Source: Mytilus edulis
Lineage: Eukaryota
Direction of reading: 5' to 3'
Length of the DNA: 64,000 bases
NCBI RefSeq assembly: GCF_963676685.1
Contig: NC_092350.1
Location: 40,424,001-40,488,000, forward strand
Each line of letters starts with the position of its first letter. The stretch's first letter is position 1. Shown here piece by piece: positions 33,789 to 47,761 of this stretch. The translations under genes and the position numbers were made by a program. The notes beneath the pieces are model-generated. The model worked only from the letters and a program-made list of their open reading frames with translations. It had not been told where the DNA came from and searched no databases.

Positions 33789-36700
33789 CAATTTTAAATC
33801 TCCGTAATTTGATAAAAAAAGAGTGTTTTTTCTAGAAAACAAGGCTACAAAGTATATAATTATCAATCATAACAATTGCATTACCAATGATTACTTAAAA
33901 GTTTATGACAAAAATATCTAAAGCACGAATATCAGTATCACAAAATTACCGGACTCAAATTAAAGGTCATTTCAAAAATGGGAATTTCATAAAAACTGAC
34001 AAAATAAAGGTCGTCAATCAAAAGAATAAATGAAAACAACTTCAATATTACTGACTTGGTACAGACATTTACCAAATAAAAATGATGAGTAATACCTTCT
34101 TTAATATAACCCCCTTTTAAATTCTTTGAAACAAAATTCACGATGTTAAATAAAAGTTTCGTCTGTATATAACTGTAAGGTATAGAACAATATGTATAAT
34201 TCTTAAACATGTAAGAATAGTCAACTCCAAGAAGTCTATACATATTTTGTAGGTTTACTTTATGCAGGAATTCTGTGTTGAATGCAGATCACAACTTATT
34301 AATAGTCGGCGTATTTAGAACATATTGTATGTCATTATGTACCCTTGTTTACCAACCAAATAAAGGCCACAGTAGTATACCGGTGTTCAGAAGTCACAAG
34401 TTCGGGTTACAACCTAAAACCGAGGGAAACACATCAACTATAGGAGGAAAACAAAGGAACAACTGCAACACTGAAGTGCAACAAAAATAAATGCCAACAA
34501 ACATAGAAACGAGCTATTTGATAACAACTGCCTTATTCCTGACATCGTACAAGACATTTTTAGAAAATATGTTGGATTGTACCTAGTTTTATGGCTAGAA
34601 GAACCTCCTACTTATATGACAATGTTAAAAAATATCGCTAAAGTGACAACACTACGTGACAGAAATACAGCACACACACAAGAACACGCATCACAGAGAA
34701 ACATAATGACTAATAATATAATAGACGACAAAACATGCAAACCGCCAAACGATCTAATGCCACCTAAGCCCTTATTCCAAATCAAATAATTCTACTACCA
34801 ATATAATCACAAAACATGCGGTTGATTGAAAAGAACAAATCGAGTTTTTGATGTCAATTGTTTTATATAAGCAATGATTATCTTTATTATCTGAAACACG
34901 CGTAGTACACCTTTAGTATATCCGATAAAGGTTATAAGTGAAGGATAGATGAATGCAAACGACAACATAAATTGAGTTTTATACATTTTAGTATGTATTT
35001 ATAGCAGGCAGATATCAACCATTTTCTGACCTACCTGTTATTGTAGAATCCAAATGCTAGCTGAAGAAATTGCACGCGATTAGAAATAACAATTATACTT
35101 TTCCTTTACATCCCTTCACACGTTTAAAAAAATGGTACAGAAAATCAAACGATTTATTTGTGTTTGTTTATCATTTAGTAAATGCGTTGTAAGCTTACCT
35201 TTGTTATGACAACAAATGAAAATAATCTGAGAATTTGAATACTCATTCTCATGAACTGGAAACAATTCGACAAATAGTTCAAAAAGAAATATAAAAATCG
35301 CTGCTGCCGTGGAATAGTGTTTTGAAAGCGAATTAAGAATTCGTTATAAGTCTATCACAATTGACAATGTTTGAGTTAACTGCGACTGTTTAGTCATCAG
35401 AATCAAATGCTTAAGAAAAAGGAGTATAGTTAACAACAAAATCATTTTCATTTACCTGTGTATAATATGACATAATTTTTTTCAAAGTTGATACTTTTTC
35501 TGAAATTGCGTAGCATTTCACAGTGGTATACACTTTTACTCTAATTATTCATCCCTTATTTTTTTTTATAAACTTTGAATTTACATTGTATCATAGATCA
35601 AATTTATTGAAGCAGTGTATGTTCATTTTTGTTTCTATTTTCGTTTTATTTGAGGTAAGCCATTCCAATTGATATTTTATAGTGTGTCTTTCTATGTTGT
35701 GATGTTACACTATTGTTTCAGATAAGGGAGAAAGTTTTGTACCATTAAAACGTGTAATCTCGCTGCAATTGTGTACAAATACCCTAAGTAAGGAATCTGA
35801 TGTTCAGTAGTTATCGTTTGTTGATGTCGTTCATAAGTGTCTCTCGTTTCTCATTATATATATAGATTAGACCGTTGATTTTCCCGTTTGATTGGTTTTA
35901 CACTAGTCATTTTTTGGGGCTCTTTATATAGCTTGCTGCTCAGTGTGAACCAAGACTCCGTGTTGAAGATCGTACCTTGACCTATAATGGTTTACTTTTA
36001 TAATTGTGACTTGGATGGAGAGTTGTCTCATTGGCACTCATACCACATCTTCCTATATCTACATCTATTGAAAACAAAACATTGAAACTTTACCGAACTA
36101 AATCTCTTAACCAATCAAAGTATTCCATCTCCTGTATAAATAGTAGAAGCCTTGAAATAAGCTCTTCCAATCTTATAATGTATGTTTCTGTTGTATTTTA
36201 TAAACCAGTTGCCAAATTTATACGGATTCTGCTTTATGTAAAAAGAGTATTTACTATTCGCCTATAATTATAATGCATGCTCACTGATGTATACCCATAT
36301 ATATTTATTCATGTGTTTGTGTTTATACCTTGATCGAATAGTTAACCAACTAAAGATAAATGAAACTGTTTATGACTTACTATACATACATTATTTTATC
36401 GGTCGTCCCACTGCCTACAAGTATCAATCTGCTCAGCTCTAAATAAAATTGCATATCATGGCTTTGTGGCGTCAAATACGTTGACCCGGCCTTAATTACT
36501 TTGATCCGGACTTATCAGCGATGTCATAATGTTTGTACCGACGTTGATAAGTTTGACCCGAACTTATCAAGTCATCTTCCAAAATGTCCGTAGAAAACAC
36601 TCCCACAAGACGCAAATACAGCCCGGTAAATCGATTATCATGTTATCTGCACATTAATATTTTAAAATAATCAGCTGCTCGTCACAATATGAAGACTTTT

Positions 36701-37610
36701 TAATCTCGTTCGCTGCGCTCATTTTTGACTGAATAGGTTTACTTCAATATAACGGGTTTTATAGCTTACCTCATGAAAATCCGATAAAGTGACATCATAA
36801 TCGATATACCTCATATGCTTCAGATTAATCGTCAAATTTATAGATTTAATTTGTAATCAATGTTTTTAGAGCTGTACATTTTTCATCAAGGCAATATATA
36901 CATGGTTAGTGATGTGAATTAATTTCCGATATTGTAGTTTATTTGCGATTGCTTAAAAATAGTTATTGAACATAGCTTATGTTGCAGATTAATCGACAAA
37001 TTCTCAATGTAACGAAACTCTAAACCACATTATCATACACGTGGTATTTTTTATTTAGCAATAAATAGGTTTAAACACACTTTTCCTCATAAATGACTGT
37101 ACCAAATTAGGGTATGACAGTTTTTAATTCAATGCGTTCGTTTGGTTGATATTTAATTTTGTCAGTTCTTATGGACTTATCTCTTTAAGAATTTACCTTT
37201 GAGCTCTGTATTTTTGTTAATTGCTTTTGTATGTACGGTTCAATTATGACATACATTATCACAAGGTTATGTTTATCACTGACTGTTTTTGATGTCTGTA
37301 ACCTAAATTCATTGGATGTTGGATGTGTTCTGATTGATATTATGCCTTAGATGCATAATTTTTTTTAATTATTTGTTGTAAGCATTGACCAGCTATCAAT
37401 AACTGCGAATACTCTCAGACTTTTCAAAAATCTGTTCGACGTAACTTACTTATTACACATAATCATAACATTTTGAGTAGTATTTTCGAGAACATGTAAT
37501 CGTGCAGAAAAAGGATTACGGATGAAGCATAAAAAAGGTACTACATTCTTCCAAAAAGTTCTTGATAGTTAGAGTTATCTTGAATAAACATGTTGCGAAT
37601 ATAGAAGTTT

Positions 37611-38596
37611 TTAATCGATAACATCTGTAAACATTTATTCACAACGAATAGATGCTTGCTTTTTATATCGAAATAAATCGAACAAGGTGTTTGCAATCCA
37701 TCTCCTTGCGACAAAAGTGTTCTGCTTTGTTCTCCATCAGGTGATATCACCACCACTCCATGTAATGTTGAACAAGCAACATGCACGTTTCCACTGTTAT
37801 CAACTGCTATGCCATGTGGATGTTGCATTATACTCTCATCTTTAAATGTCCAGATTTCCTTCCCGTCCATGTCACAAGACGTTACATTTCTCGTACCATC
37901 GTTAATATAATAAATGATGTTATCAAAAATTTCAATATAGGACCATGAAGGTAAATAAGATTTGATGATAAATTTACTGCTGCCGTCTTGGAGGTTAATT
38001 TTGAAAATTCCCTCGCTGGAAGCACACACGAACAAAGACCCATTGTGGTGTATTATTCCAAATCATTTATAGTTTGTTGGAATGTACTTTGTGACCTTTT
38101 CTGTATCCATATCTATAATATTGACACCTTTACGAGAATTGAGGAAACGATGATAGTCCGTCGGAAGGGGACGATAAATGGCTGACCCGTGTTAAGAGAG
38201 AACCATATCTTTTTGCACGTTAAAGACACCCTTGTAGATTTTCTAAAAAGTGACGACCTTTTCACGTTTTCTAACACCTTACTAATTGGAACTTTACCTT
38301 TGCATTCGTCATGAACCTCAATACATGACGGACAGAGTAGTTCACCATGAGCTTGGCAAACAATTTGGTATTGTTCATTATGTTCCATTCACATATTACT
38401 GGTTTGTGAAATAGGCGAAGACATTGCCGCGTAATCCTGAATCGATACAGTAACGTGATGTCGAGACGACCTTGAAAAAACGTGATAATCAGTACAATCG
38501 TTACAACATGCTTGCTCACATTCGGAACACCAGACTGGATGGTTTTGTAATATGTGGATGATCACAAATATCGCAAAGTTGTTGAGTTGCCGCCAT
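37611..38596 (-). pseudogene. TRIM-NHL-like copy 4 (internally deleted pseudogene)
   Basis: Frameshifted B-box region; coiled coil and first propeller blades replaced by about 95 bp of unrelated sequence (38145-38240); NHL C-terminal part in ORF 37541-38035. Confidence 0.85.
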
Positions 38597-41432
38597 TTAA
38601 TGTTTTCTGAAAAATAAAAAAGACACAGCACATTTTCCAAGCAATCTATAAATCGATAAGAATCAAAAAATTTCCTTGTTTTGATAAATCCACAACAAAT
38701 CAAGCAGCTAGTAAAAAAGGAATTTCCCTAGGTTGTCTGAACGGAGTCTGAACGATAGCCCATTTACCTATTCAATATCAAGAGCTGCACCAAAAGCGCA
38801 TGACACGTGATCAATCTCCCTTTAAACTCGTTTTGAAGGCTTTAAATGAATTTATGTGATACACAAGATATTTTAAGCACTGCTCAAATAGATCCCTCAC
38901 CTCCCAAAAACATTTATGAACACTCATGTTATCTATTGGCACAAAACATGAATAATTTTACACTTTTAACGCATCCAAAATATCTAAAATTTTAAATGAA
39001 TAAAAATAAAAAACAATTGTACATCAATGGATAAAAACAAATCACCAAATTTCATAAAAATTGATGAAATCATTTTTGATTGGTTATTGTTAGTCTCGAT
39101 CATCCAGCCGCTTTATTTTTTAAAGTATAGCGTCTGGATGACAAGTGATATAAAAATGGTAATTAATGACATTCGGAATAGTATCGGATTTTTTAGCTTG
39201 TTTTTAAAGATAATGTCCAAGACGAATAACCAAGAAGTTGGTTATTAACTTCGGAAGAAATTATATTACGATAATACTATTGAAAAGCCCGAGTGTACCG
39301 ATTGTTGTTTAAATCTATTTATATATTTTTTTGTGACGACATACAAGTCGTGGAAAACACCAGACAGCATGTCTTCCATGACAGCGAAGGAAAATAACAG
39401 CACATCATACCTTGGTAAGATGATATAACAACACAAACTGTTTAATAAACTTTAATGCAACCTGAAACATCGAGTAGTTATATTCTTTCATCCATGTCCG
39501 TCTTACGCAAGCAAGTTAATAATTATTCAAAAAATGGCAATTTTTGTATTGACTGGGACCACTCGAACAGACGTGTGTACGCTATAATTTCATTTTGAGG
39601 TTGATTTGTAGTATCTTTATCTTTATAAATACTTGATGGAAAAGTGGTACTTCTGGTTTTCTTTTATATGTTTCATGATAATTGCATTCTTTTTAAAAGA
39701 ATGATATTATTTTCAAGGATAATCTGTGAAATTATTTCCCATTATAATACATTTTTATTTTAACAATTTAGCTTTAATTCAAATACACTATTATTATTGC
39801 TGAGCATTTGTAAAGATTAAGTTTTATTTAATAACTTTTCAATAGTTTAACAACCCAGATAGAATTTCACGGCAAAGGAAAAATATCCTAGGGAAATATT
39901 TTCCTCCAGATAAAGAAATAACAACACATACTGTGACATTTTTTCCACCGGATTTCACACGGATATTATTTTGCTTTACACCATGACGCCGAAATATGAA
40001 CTTCACCCAAGATAAGTTTGTTTTATCTATCTGTAGTGTATAAGGGAGTTTGCATCTTGATATTTTTTTTTAAAAAAGGGGGGAGAGGAGAGATGCGCAA
40101 TATTGTACACATTTAAAGGAGGGAACGCAATCCAAAACTATAAGCAGAAGAAAAACAAAGTATATCTAGGAAATGTCATTTTGTACATACACCAAACGGT
40201 CAAAATGATTAATGCTCGATTCTTTTTTAAACAAATGCATTTATCTTATACAAACATATAAGAAGTGGGACAAATTGTTATGAAAGATAATTTAAATATA
40301 CTGTTAGTAAACAAAGTCTGGACTGGTCAACTTAAAATAGAAAAATACTTTTTTGCACTTTTGAAAGACATTTTTTTTTCACACTCATAAAAGTTAATAA
40401 AAGAAAACAAATGTTGTCAGTGAATATATACCAATTGGCTATCTTAACCTTGAAATAAAACTATGGCATGGGGAAAACACTGAAAATTCGATTTTATTCA
40501 AACCAATAGACAGTAATACTATAGATGCAGCATCAATGAAAGGAGGTGTCAATGAGACAGCAACCAGTGAACCCAATGACATACATTACTAAAAGTAGAC
40601 ATCAACATGATTAAGAGGTCATACTGTAGACTAAAACAAAAATTGAGAATAAAAGTACCAAAAGGTCAACATTATACAAATAAGAAGATGCGGTATGAAT
40701 ACCAATGAGACAATTATAAAACATGATCACACTGAACTAAATAAAGAAGTTAAAAATATGAAAAAAATCAAACTGATGCTAAGAATAATCTACAGGGAAT
40801 AAAGACTTCATGGACGATTTCAAGGTAAATCACGAAAACAACGTAAAAGATGTAAGATCGGTTAAGTCATCCATTAATAAAGTAGCAAATGATCTTGCAG
40901 ATAAAACTTTGGAGCTGAGAAATGAAATTAAAACAGTAGTCAATACCGCAAAACAAGAAAATGCAAATCTACAGAGCACCGTTATTGACCTTCAATGCAG
41001 ATCAAAGAAGAATAACTTGGTGTTTACTGGTTTGACGGAAACCGAAGGAGAAAACACTGTACATATGTACTTTTGTATGATATTTTTGTTTTATATCTAT
41101 GATATTAGCAAATGGTTCTAATTTATTAACTTCAAATACACAAACATGTTTTTTGCTTTGATTTCAAATCAAAACACGATTGTTTTTTCTGTCGAAATGT
41201 ATTCCATAAGGTTGAAACAATCCATCCACACTTGAAATGAAATTAAAACAGTAGTCAATAACGCAAAACAAGAAAATGAAAATCTACAGAGCACCGTTAT
41301 TGACCTTCAATGTAGATCAATGAAGAATAACTTGGTGTTTACTGGTTTGACGGAAACCGAAGGAGAAAACACTGTACATATGTACTTTTGTATGATATTT
41401 TTGTTTTATATCTATGCTACTAGCAAATGGTT

Positions 41433-43119
41433 CTAATTTATAACTTCAAATACACAAACATGTTTTTTGCTTTCATTTCCAATCAAAACTCGATTGTTTT
41501 TTCTGTCGAAATGTATTCCATAAGGTCGACACAATCCATTCACACTTGAAAGAAGTTGTCTGTTCTGTTGTCCATCAGGGGATAAAACCACTATTTTTTG
41601 TAAAGTGAAACAAGCTACATAAACGTTTCCGTAGTTATCTACCGCTATTCCACGTGGTAATTTTAATATTTTCTCATCTTTAAATGTCCACATTGCCACG
41701 CCGGTCATATCACAACATACAATACTTTTAGGTCCATCGTAGGTACAATAAATTTTGTCATTAAAAACCTCAATATATGAAAAAGGGGGCAAATCATACT
41801 TCCATATAGCAGTACTTCTTCCGTCCTGAGGGTTAAGTTTACAGATACCATCTCCTTCTGCGCAAATGAACAATGACCCATTATGATGTTTAATCCCATA
41901 GCACTCATACTTCGTTGGTATAAGTGTAACCTTTTCTGTATCAATGTCTATTATACTGACTCCGATAGACTCTTCGTTGTTTGACGTTGTAGCTACAGTT
42001 TTATAATCTATATACGTTATATCAAATGCATTGGCGGGTTTAACTGAGATTTTACTCAGTATTTGCCAGTCGGTACTGAAGACAAGTACATTTTTGGTAC
42101 TATAGTCACTTAAGGCAATGTTTCCATTTGGAAGAACGACAATACCTCTAATGTCTTTAACCTCTGGTTTTACGGTTTCCACTAGACTTGATTTGATATC
42201 AGCAATTGATCTAATCTTTGTCTCTACTAATTGTGCTTGTTTTGTTTTGTGTGTTACAAGAGACAGTTTACAATGAGTCTTCTGTACCTCAAGTGAACCG
42301 AATGATTGAATACTTGATGAAAGGTTGTCGATTTTGTCATCAATATTGAATAGTATAGTAGGTGCATCCAATATGTGATCTCCAATGATCGACTGCAGGT
42401 ACGACTCAGTAGTAGCTGCTTCTAATGAGATTTTCTGTAATCCAAAGTACGTTTGAAGGTCGGTCGCGTACCTGTCCATATCTTGTAATTGTTGTTCAGC
42501 TTTGTTTGTGCTATCAGTCTTATTTTCTAGGATCTGTAGTTTATTTTTAATGCTGTCTTTCGATTCACCTGTTATCTCGAAAATTTCGTTTTTGATCTTC
42601 TTTTCCAATTTATCAAAGTGGTCATCAATCTTCTTCCTTATGTCAGTAACCTGGGACAATATTTTCTCTTCTTGCTGTTTTATTCTTCCCTGTTGTTCAT
42701 TTAGTTCAGTCTGTAGAGTTTTTATGTTTTGATCAATATCTTTCAAACTTAGTCGTGTTTCTTGAAAAAAATGACGACTTTTTAACGTTTTCTATCATTT
42801 TACGAAGGGATACTATACCTTTGCATCCTTCGTGATTCTCAATACATGAGGGGCAAATAAGTTTATCGTGAACTTGGCAAACCATTTGATATTGTTCGTT
42901 ATGTTCCATGCACATATTACTGGTTTGTGGAATTGATGACGACATCGACAAGAAGTCCTGAATCGATACAGTCACGTGATTTTGGGACGACTTTGAAAAG
43001 TCATGATAATCATTGCAATCTTCACAAAATCCTTGTTCACATTCGGGACACCAGACGGTGGACGGTTTTGTTATATGCCGATGGTCACAAATATCACAAT
43101 GTTGCTGAGTCGATGCCAT
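41433..43119 (-). pseudogene. TRIM-NHL-like copy 5, one +1 frameshift in an A7 run (may be an intact gene)
   Basis: ORFs 42733-43119 and 41433-42746 join across 42765-42771, one base longer than copy 2; no other lesion seen. Confidence 0.7.
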
Positions 43120-43427
43120 TTAATATTTCCTGCAAAGAAAAGGTGTCTGTATAGGTTTTGCACTATGCCAAAAAATTGTTTGAAAGCATGCAATTTTCAT
43201 GGTTTGTTTAACACAAAATGTAACAATTTTAGAGGTTGTCTGCACCCTATTGAACGAAACCTCACAAACTCTAAAAAAGAAGATGTCTGTTTAATTAATT
43301 TTATGGTGACTTCATTGATGAAAGAAACATCTCCACCATATGAGAGCAAGAACATTTTTTTTTATATAATGTGAAATAATAAATAATAAAACTGTAAAAA
43401 GGGTTAGGAAAGAAAAACAATAAATAC

Positions 43428-43532
43428 CTGCAGTTTACTTTAAACAACATTAATCAATGTATTCGACCAGGAAGTGGAACAGGTAAACATTTGAGTGAAT
43501 TTGATTATCTTGTTCAAGTTATAAAACGCGCC
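43428..43532 (-). promoter_or_regulatory. Putative core promoter and non-coding exon 1 of TRIM copy 5
   Basis: GGCGCG-TTTTATAA, TCACT 30 nt downstream (43496), CTTCCTGG, donor CTGCAG|GTATTT. Confidence 0.65.
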
Positions 43533-45326
43533 AAATTTAAATGTCCTTAATTTGATGAAAAAAATCAAAACGTGCTTCAATATCTTAAACACGTACCATT
43601 ATAGAAAAATACCGAACTCAAAGGTGAATTCAAAAATGGAAAGTTCATAAAACCGTCAAAACAATGGTCGTCCACCAAAGAGATAAGTGAAAACAACTAT
43701 CATATTACTGACTTGGTACAGACATTTTCCAAATAAAAATGATAGGTAATAGCTTGTTTTATACAATCCCCTTTTCAATTTTTTAAAACAAAGTTCATGA
43801 TGTTAAATTAAAGTTTCGACTTTATATAACCTTTTTCATTAGGTTTAAAACATGTATAATTGTATAATTGTAACACATGTTAGTATAGTCAACTTCCAGG
43901 TATATTATATTTTGTAGGTTTTTTATGCTGGAATTCTGTGTTGACTGCAGATAACACCATATTAATAGTCGACATATTTAGAAGATATAGTATGTTATTA
44001 TGGACACTTGTTTAAAAACCGAAAAAAGCAACAGTGGTATACCGGTGTTCAGAAGTCATTAATCGATTGAGAGAAAATAAATTCTGGTTGCAACCTAAAA
44101 CCGAATGAAACACATCAAATATAAGGGGAAACAATGAAACAACCGGAACATTAAAGTGCAACAAAAATAAACGCCAACATACATAGAAACGAACTATTTG
44201 ATAGCAACCGCCATATTCCTTACTTTGTGTAGGACATTTTTAGAAAACATGATGGGTTGAATCTGGTTTCATAGGTAACGAAAGTGATAACACTACGTGC
44301 CAGAAAAACAATACAAACACCCGCAAGAACACTCACCCAAGAGAAACTTAAAACAAAAACATAGTCGACTTAACAGGCAAACCGCCAAACGATGTAATGC
44401 AACCTAAGCCCATTATTTCAAAATCAAAGAATTCTACCACCAACATCATCACAAAACATGCGGTTGATTAAAATGATGTCAATTCTTTTATATCAGCAAT
44501 AAATATCTTGACTATCTGAAACACGTGTAGTACACCTCAAGTATGTACGGTAAAAGTTAAAAGTGAAAGTTCGATGATGAAAATGATAGAATAATAGAAA
44601 TTATTCATTTTAAGTATATATTTATTGCAGGCAGACTGTGATATCAACCATATTCTGAACTACCTGTTATTTTGAAACTCAAATGCTAGCAGGAGAAATT
44701 GCATATAATTAGAAATATCAGTTATACTATTTTATTTTATATCCCTCTACACATTTAAAAAAAAACAGTACACAAAATCAAACGAATTATTTGTGTTTGT
44801 TTATCATTCAATAAATACTTTTTGACTGTAACTGTGGAACTGTGTGAGCATATTTTTGTTATGACAACAGTTGAAAATTATTTGAAATTTTGAATACGCA
44901 TTCTCATGGACTGGAAACAATTCGACAAATAGTTCAAAATCAATATAAAAATCGCTGTCGCTCTTGAAAAGCATTTTGAACGCGAATAAAGAATGCGTTA
45001 CTATACCATTTTATAACAAAAGACAGTGTTTGAGTTAACTGCGACTGTTTAGTCATCTTAATCAAACGAAAATAAAGTTGAGTTATCCCCCTCTTCATAT
45101 CAATATAAAAATAAAAATTTGGCGGATAAGATACAAAAGCTTATGTGCAGAATTGGTAGCGGATCGACCAAATACAGATACAAAGCAGCTGTGGCTCATG
45201 ATTAAATGGGGAAACTTTGTTGCCAGTACAAATTAATACTTAAGCTAAATTCATATCTGTCACATACACAATATTAAAATAGTGTTCATTGCATGATTAT
45301 TCCCCTTTGGATCTCGTTAACCTTGA

Positions 45327-46476
45327 TTTTAGCTCACCTGGCCCGAAGGGGTATCTAGTTTTAAAAATGTGTCCGGTGATCTGGCAAACAAACCAAGATG
45401 GCCGCCATGGCTAAAAATAGAACATAGGGGGTAAAATGCAGTTTTTGGCTTATAACTCAAAAACCAAAGCATTTATAGCAAAACTGGCACGAGGTAAAAT
45501 TGTTAATCAGGTCAAGATCTATCTGCCATGAAATTTTCAGATGAATCGGACAACCTGTTGTTGGGTTGTGCTGCCCCTGAATTGGTAATTTTAAGGAAAT
45601 TTTGCCGTTTTTGGTTATTATCTTAAATATTATTACAGATAGAGATAAACTGTAAACTGCAATAATGTTCAGCAAAGTAAGATTTACAAATAAGGCAACA
45701 TGACCAAAATGATCAGTTGACCCCTTTAGGAGTTATTGCCCTTTATAGTCAATTTTTAACCATTTTTTCGTAAATCTTACTTCTCTTTAACAAAAATCTT
45801 CTCCTCTGAAACAACTGGGCCAAATTAATCCAAACTTTGCCAAAATCATCTTTGGGTATCTAGTTTTAAAAATGTGTATGGTGACCTGGCCATTCAACCA
45901 AGATGGCTGCCACGGCTATAAAGAGAACATAGCGGTAAAATGCAGTTTTTTGCTTATAACTTAAAAATCAAATCATTTAGAGCATATCTGACGGGGTTAA
46001 ATTGTTCATCAGGTCAAGATCTATCTGCCCTGAAATTTTCAGATGGATTGGACAACCGGTTGTTGGGTTGCTGCACCTGAATTGGTAATTTTACAGAAAT
46101 TTTGCCGTTTTTTGTTATTATCTTGAATATTTTTATAGATAGAGATAAACTGTAAACAGCAATAATGTACAGCAAAGTAAGACCTAAATCTAAGTCAACT
46201 GACCAAAAATGGTCAATTGACCCACTAAGGAGTTATTGTCCTTTATAGTCAATTTTTAACAATTTTCATAAAATTTGTAAATTTTTACTAACATTTTCCA
46301 CTGAAACTACTAATAGATAGAGATAATTTTAAGCAGCAAGAATGTTCAGTAAAGTAAGATGTAACAACACATCACCATCACCAAAACACAATTTTGTCAT
46401 GAATCCACCTGCTTCCTTTGTTTAATATTCACATAGACCAAAGTGAGCGACACAGGCTCTTTAGAGCCTCTAGTTT
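45327..46476 (+). mobile_element. Non-autonomous Helentron-type element with about 505-bp internal tandem repeats
   Basis: 5' TTTTAGCTCACC; 3' subTIR GTGAGC then hairpin AGGCTCT-TT-AGAGCCT and TAGTTT. Repeat units start at 45349 and 45854. Empty T-run site at about 27068. Confidence 0.8.
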
Positions 46477-46675
46477 ACAGAATATATTACTTCAATATCA
46501 CGCGTTTTAGATTTAGCTCTTGAAAATCCGATAAAGTGACAACATCATCATCGATATGCCTCATTTGCTTCAGATTTTTTTTATGCGTACAGTTCATTAA
46601 TGACCAACATTATCACTAGGTCATGTTTATCTCTGACTGTTTATGGCGTTTGTATCATAAATCAATTGGATGTTG

Positions 46676-47761
46676 CATACCTGCCAACTTTCACTATTTG
46701 CGGGGGATTTCCCCCATGGAGGCTCCCAATTGGAAATTTTTAAATAGCGACTTTGTCCACAATTTAAAACAAAACAATCAATTTTGTTTTATGTAATGAG
46801 TTAATACTTCAGTTTCATTATGTATATCTGTTATATTCATTTGATAAAATTTACTGTTTGCAATAGCATTAATTGTTCTAAATAATTAGGATGTTCTTAT
46901 CCCAAGCATACAAACTTAGCCGTATTTGAAACAACCTTTTTCAACTTTTGATCTTCAGTGCTGTACAACTATGTACTTTTTTTCGCTTTCGATCTTTCAT
47001 ATCTGGGCGTCACTGGTGGGTCTTGTGTGGACGAGTCGCGTTTTTGGCGTATTAAATTTTAAACCTGATGCTTTTTGTTATTCATTAATCATGTGTTTCT
47101 TTGTCTAATACGTTTTCCTATTTATTTGTATTGTAGTCCTGTAATATTATGTTGTCTTTTCTATGTTATATTTAACATTGCCATAAAAGTGCGAGGTTTG
47201 GCATGCCACAAAACCAGGTTCAACCCACCATTTTTTCCTTTAAAAATGTCCTGTACCAAGTCAGGAATATGGCCATTGTTATATTATAGTTCGTTTCTGT
47301 GTGTGTTACAATTTAACGTTGCGTCGTTTGTTTTCTCTTATTTTTGAGTGTAAATTGACATTGCGATAAGACGTGTCACGGTACTTGTCTATCCCAAATT
47401 CATGTATTTGGTTTTGATGTTATATTTGTTATTCTCGTGGGATTTTGTCTGATGCTTGGTCCGTTTATATGTGTGTTAGTTACATTGTAGTGTTGTGTCG
47501 TTGTTCTCCTCTTATATTTATGCGTTTCCGTCAGTTTTAGTTTGTTACCCCGATTTTTTTTTTGTCCATGGATTTATGAGTTTGAACAGCGGTATACTAC
47601 TGTTGGCTTTATTTACTATTGGTATAACATTTTGAAAGTATGAAGAAGCAAATAAACAGTATAAGAATTAATTTAGAGGCCCCCTTACAGGTTTTGTAGG
47701 ACCATGGCAATCATCTTGCACGTAAAACCCACATGGACATTTTGAAATGTTGGCAGGTATA
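46676..47761. mobile_element. MITE related to 4303-4748, with a nested Penelope-like repeat (about 46800-47610)
   Basis: TIRs ATACCTGCCAAC / GTTGGCAGGTAT; ATGTTG duplicated on both flanks; empty site at 37311-37330. The nested part has a degenerate hammerhead at 47007-47050. Confidence 0.65.
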
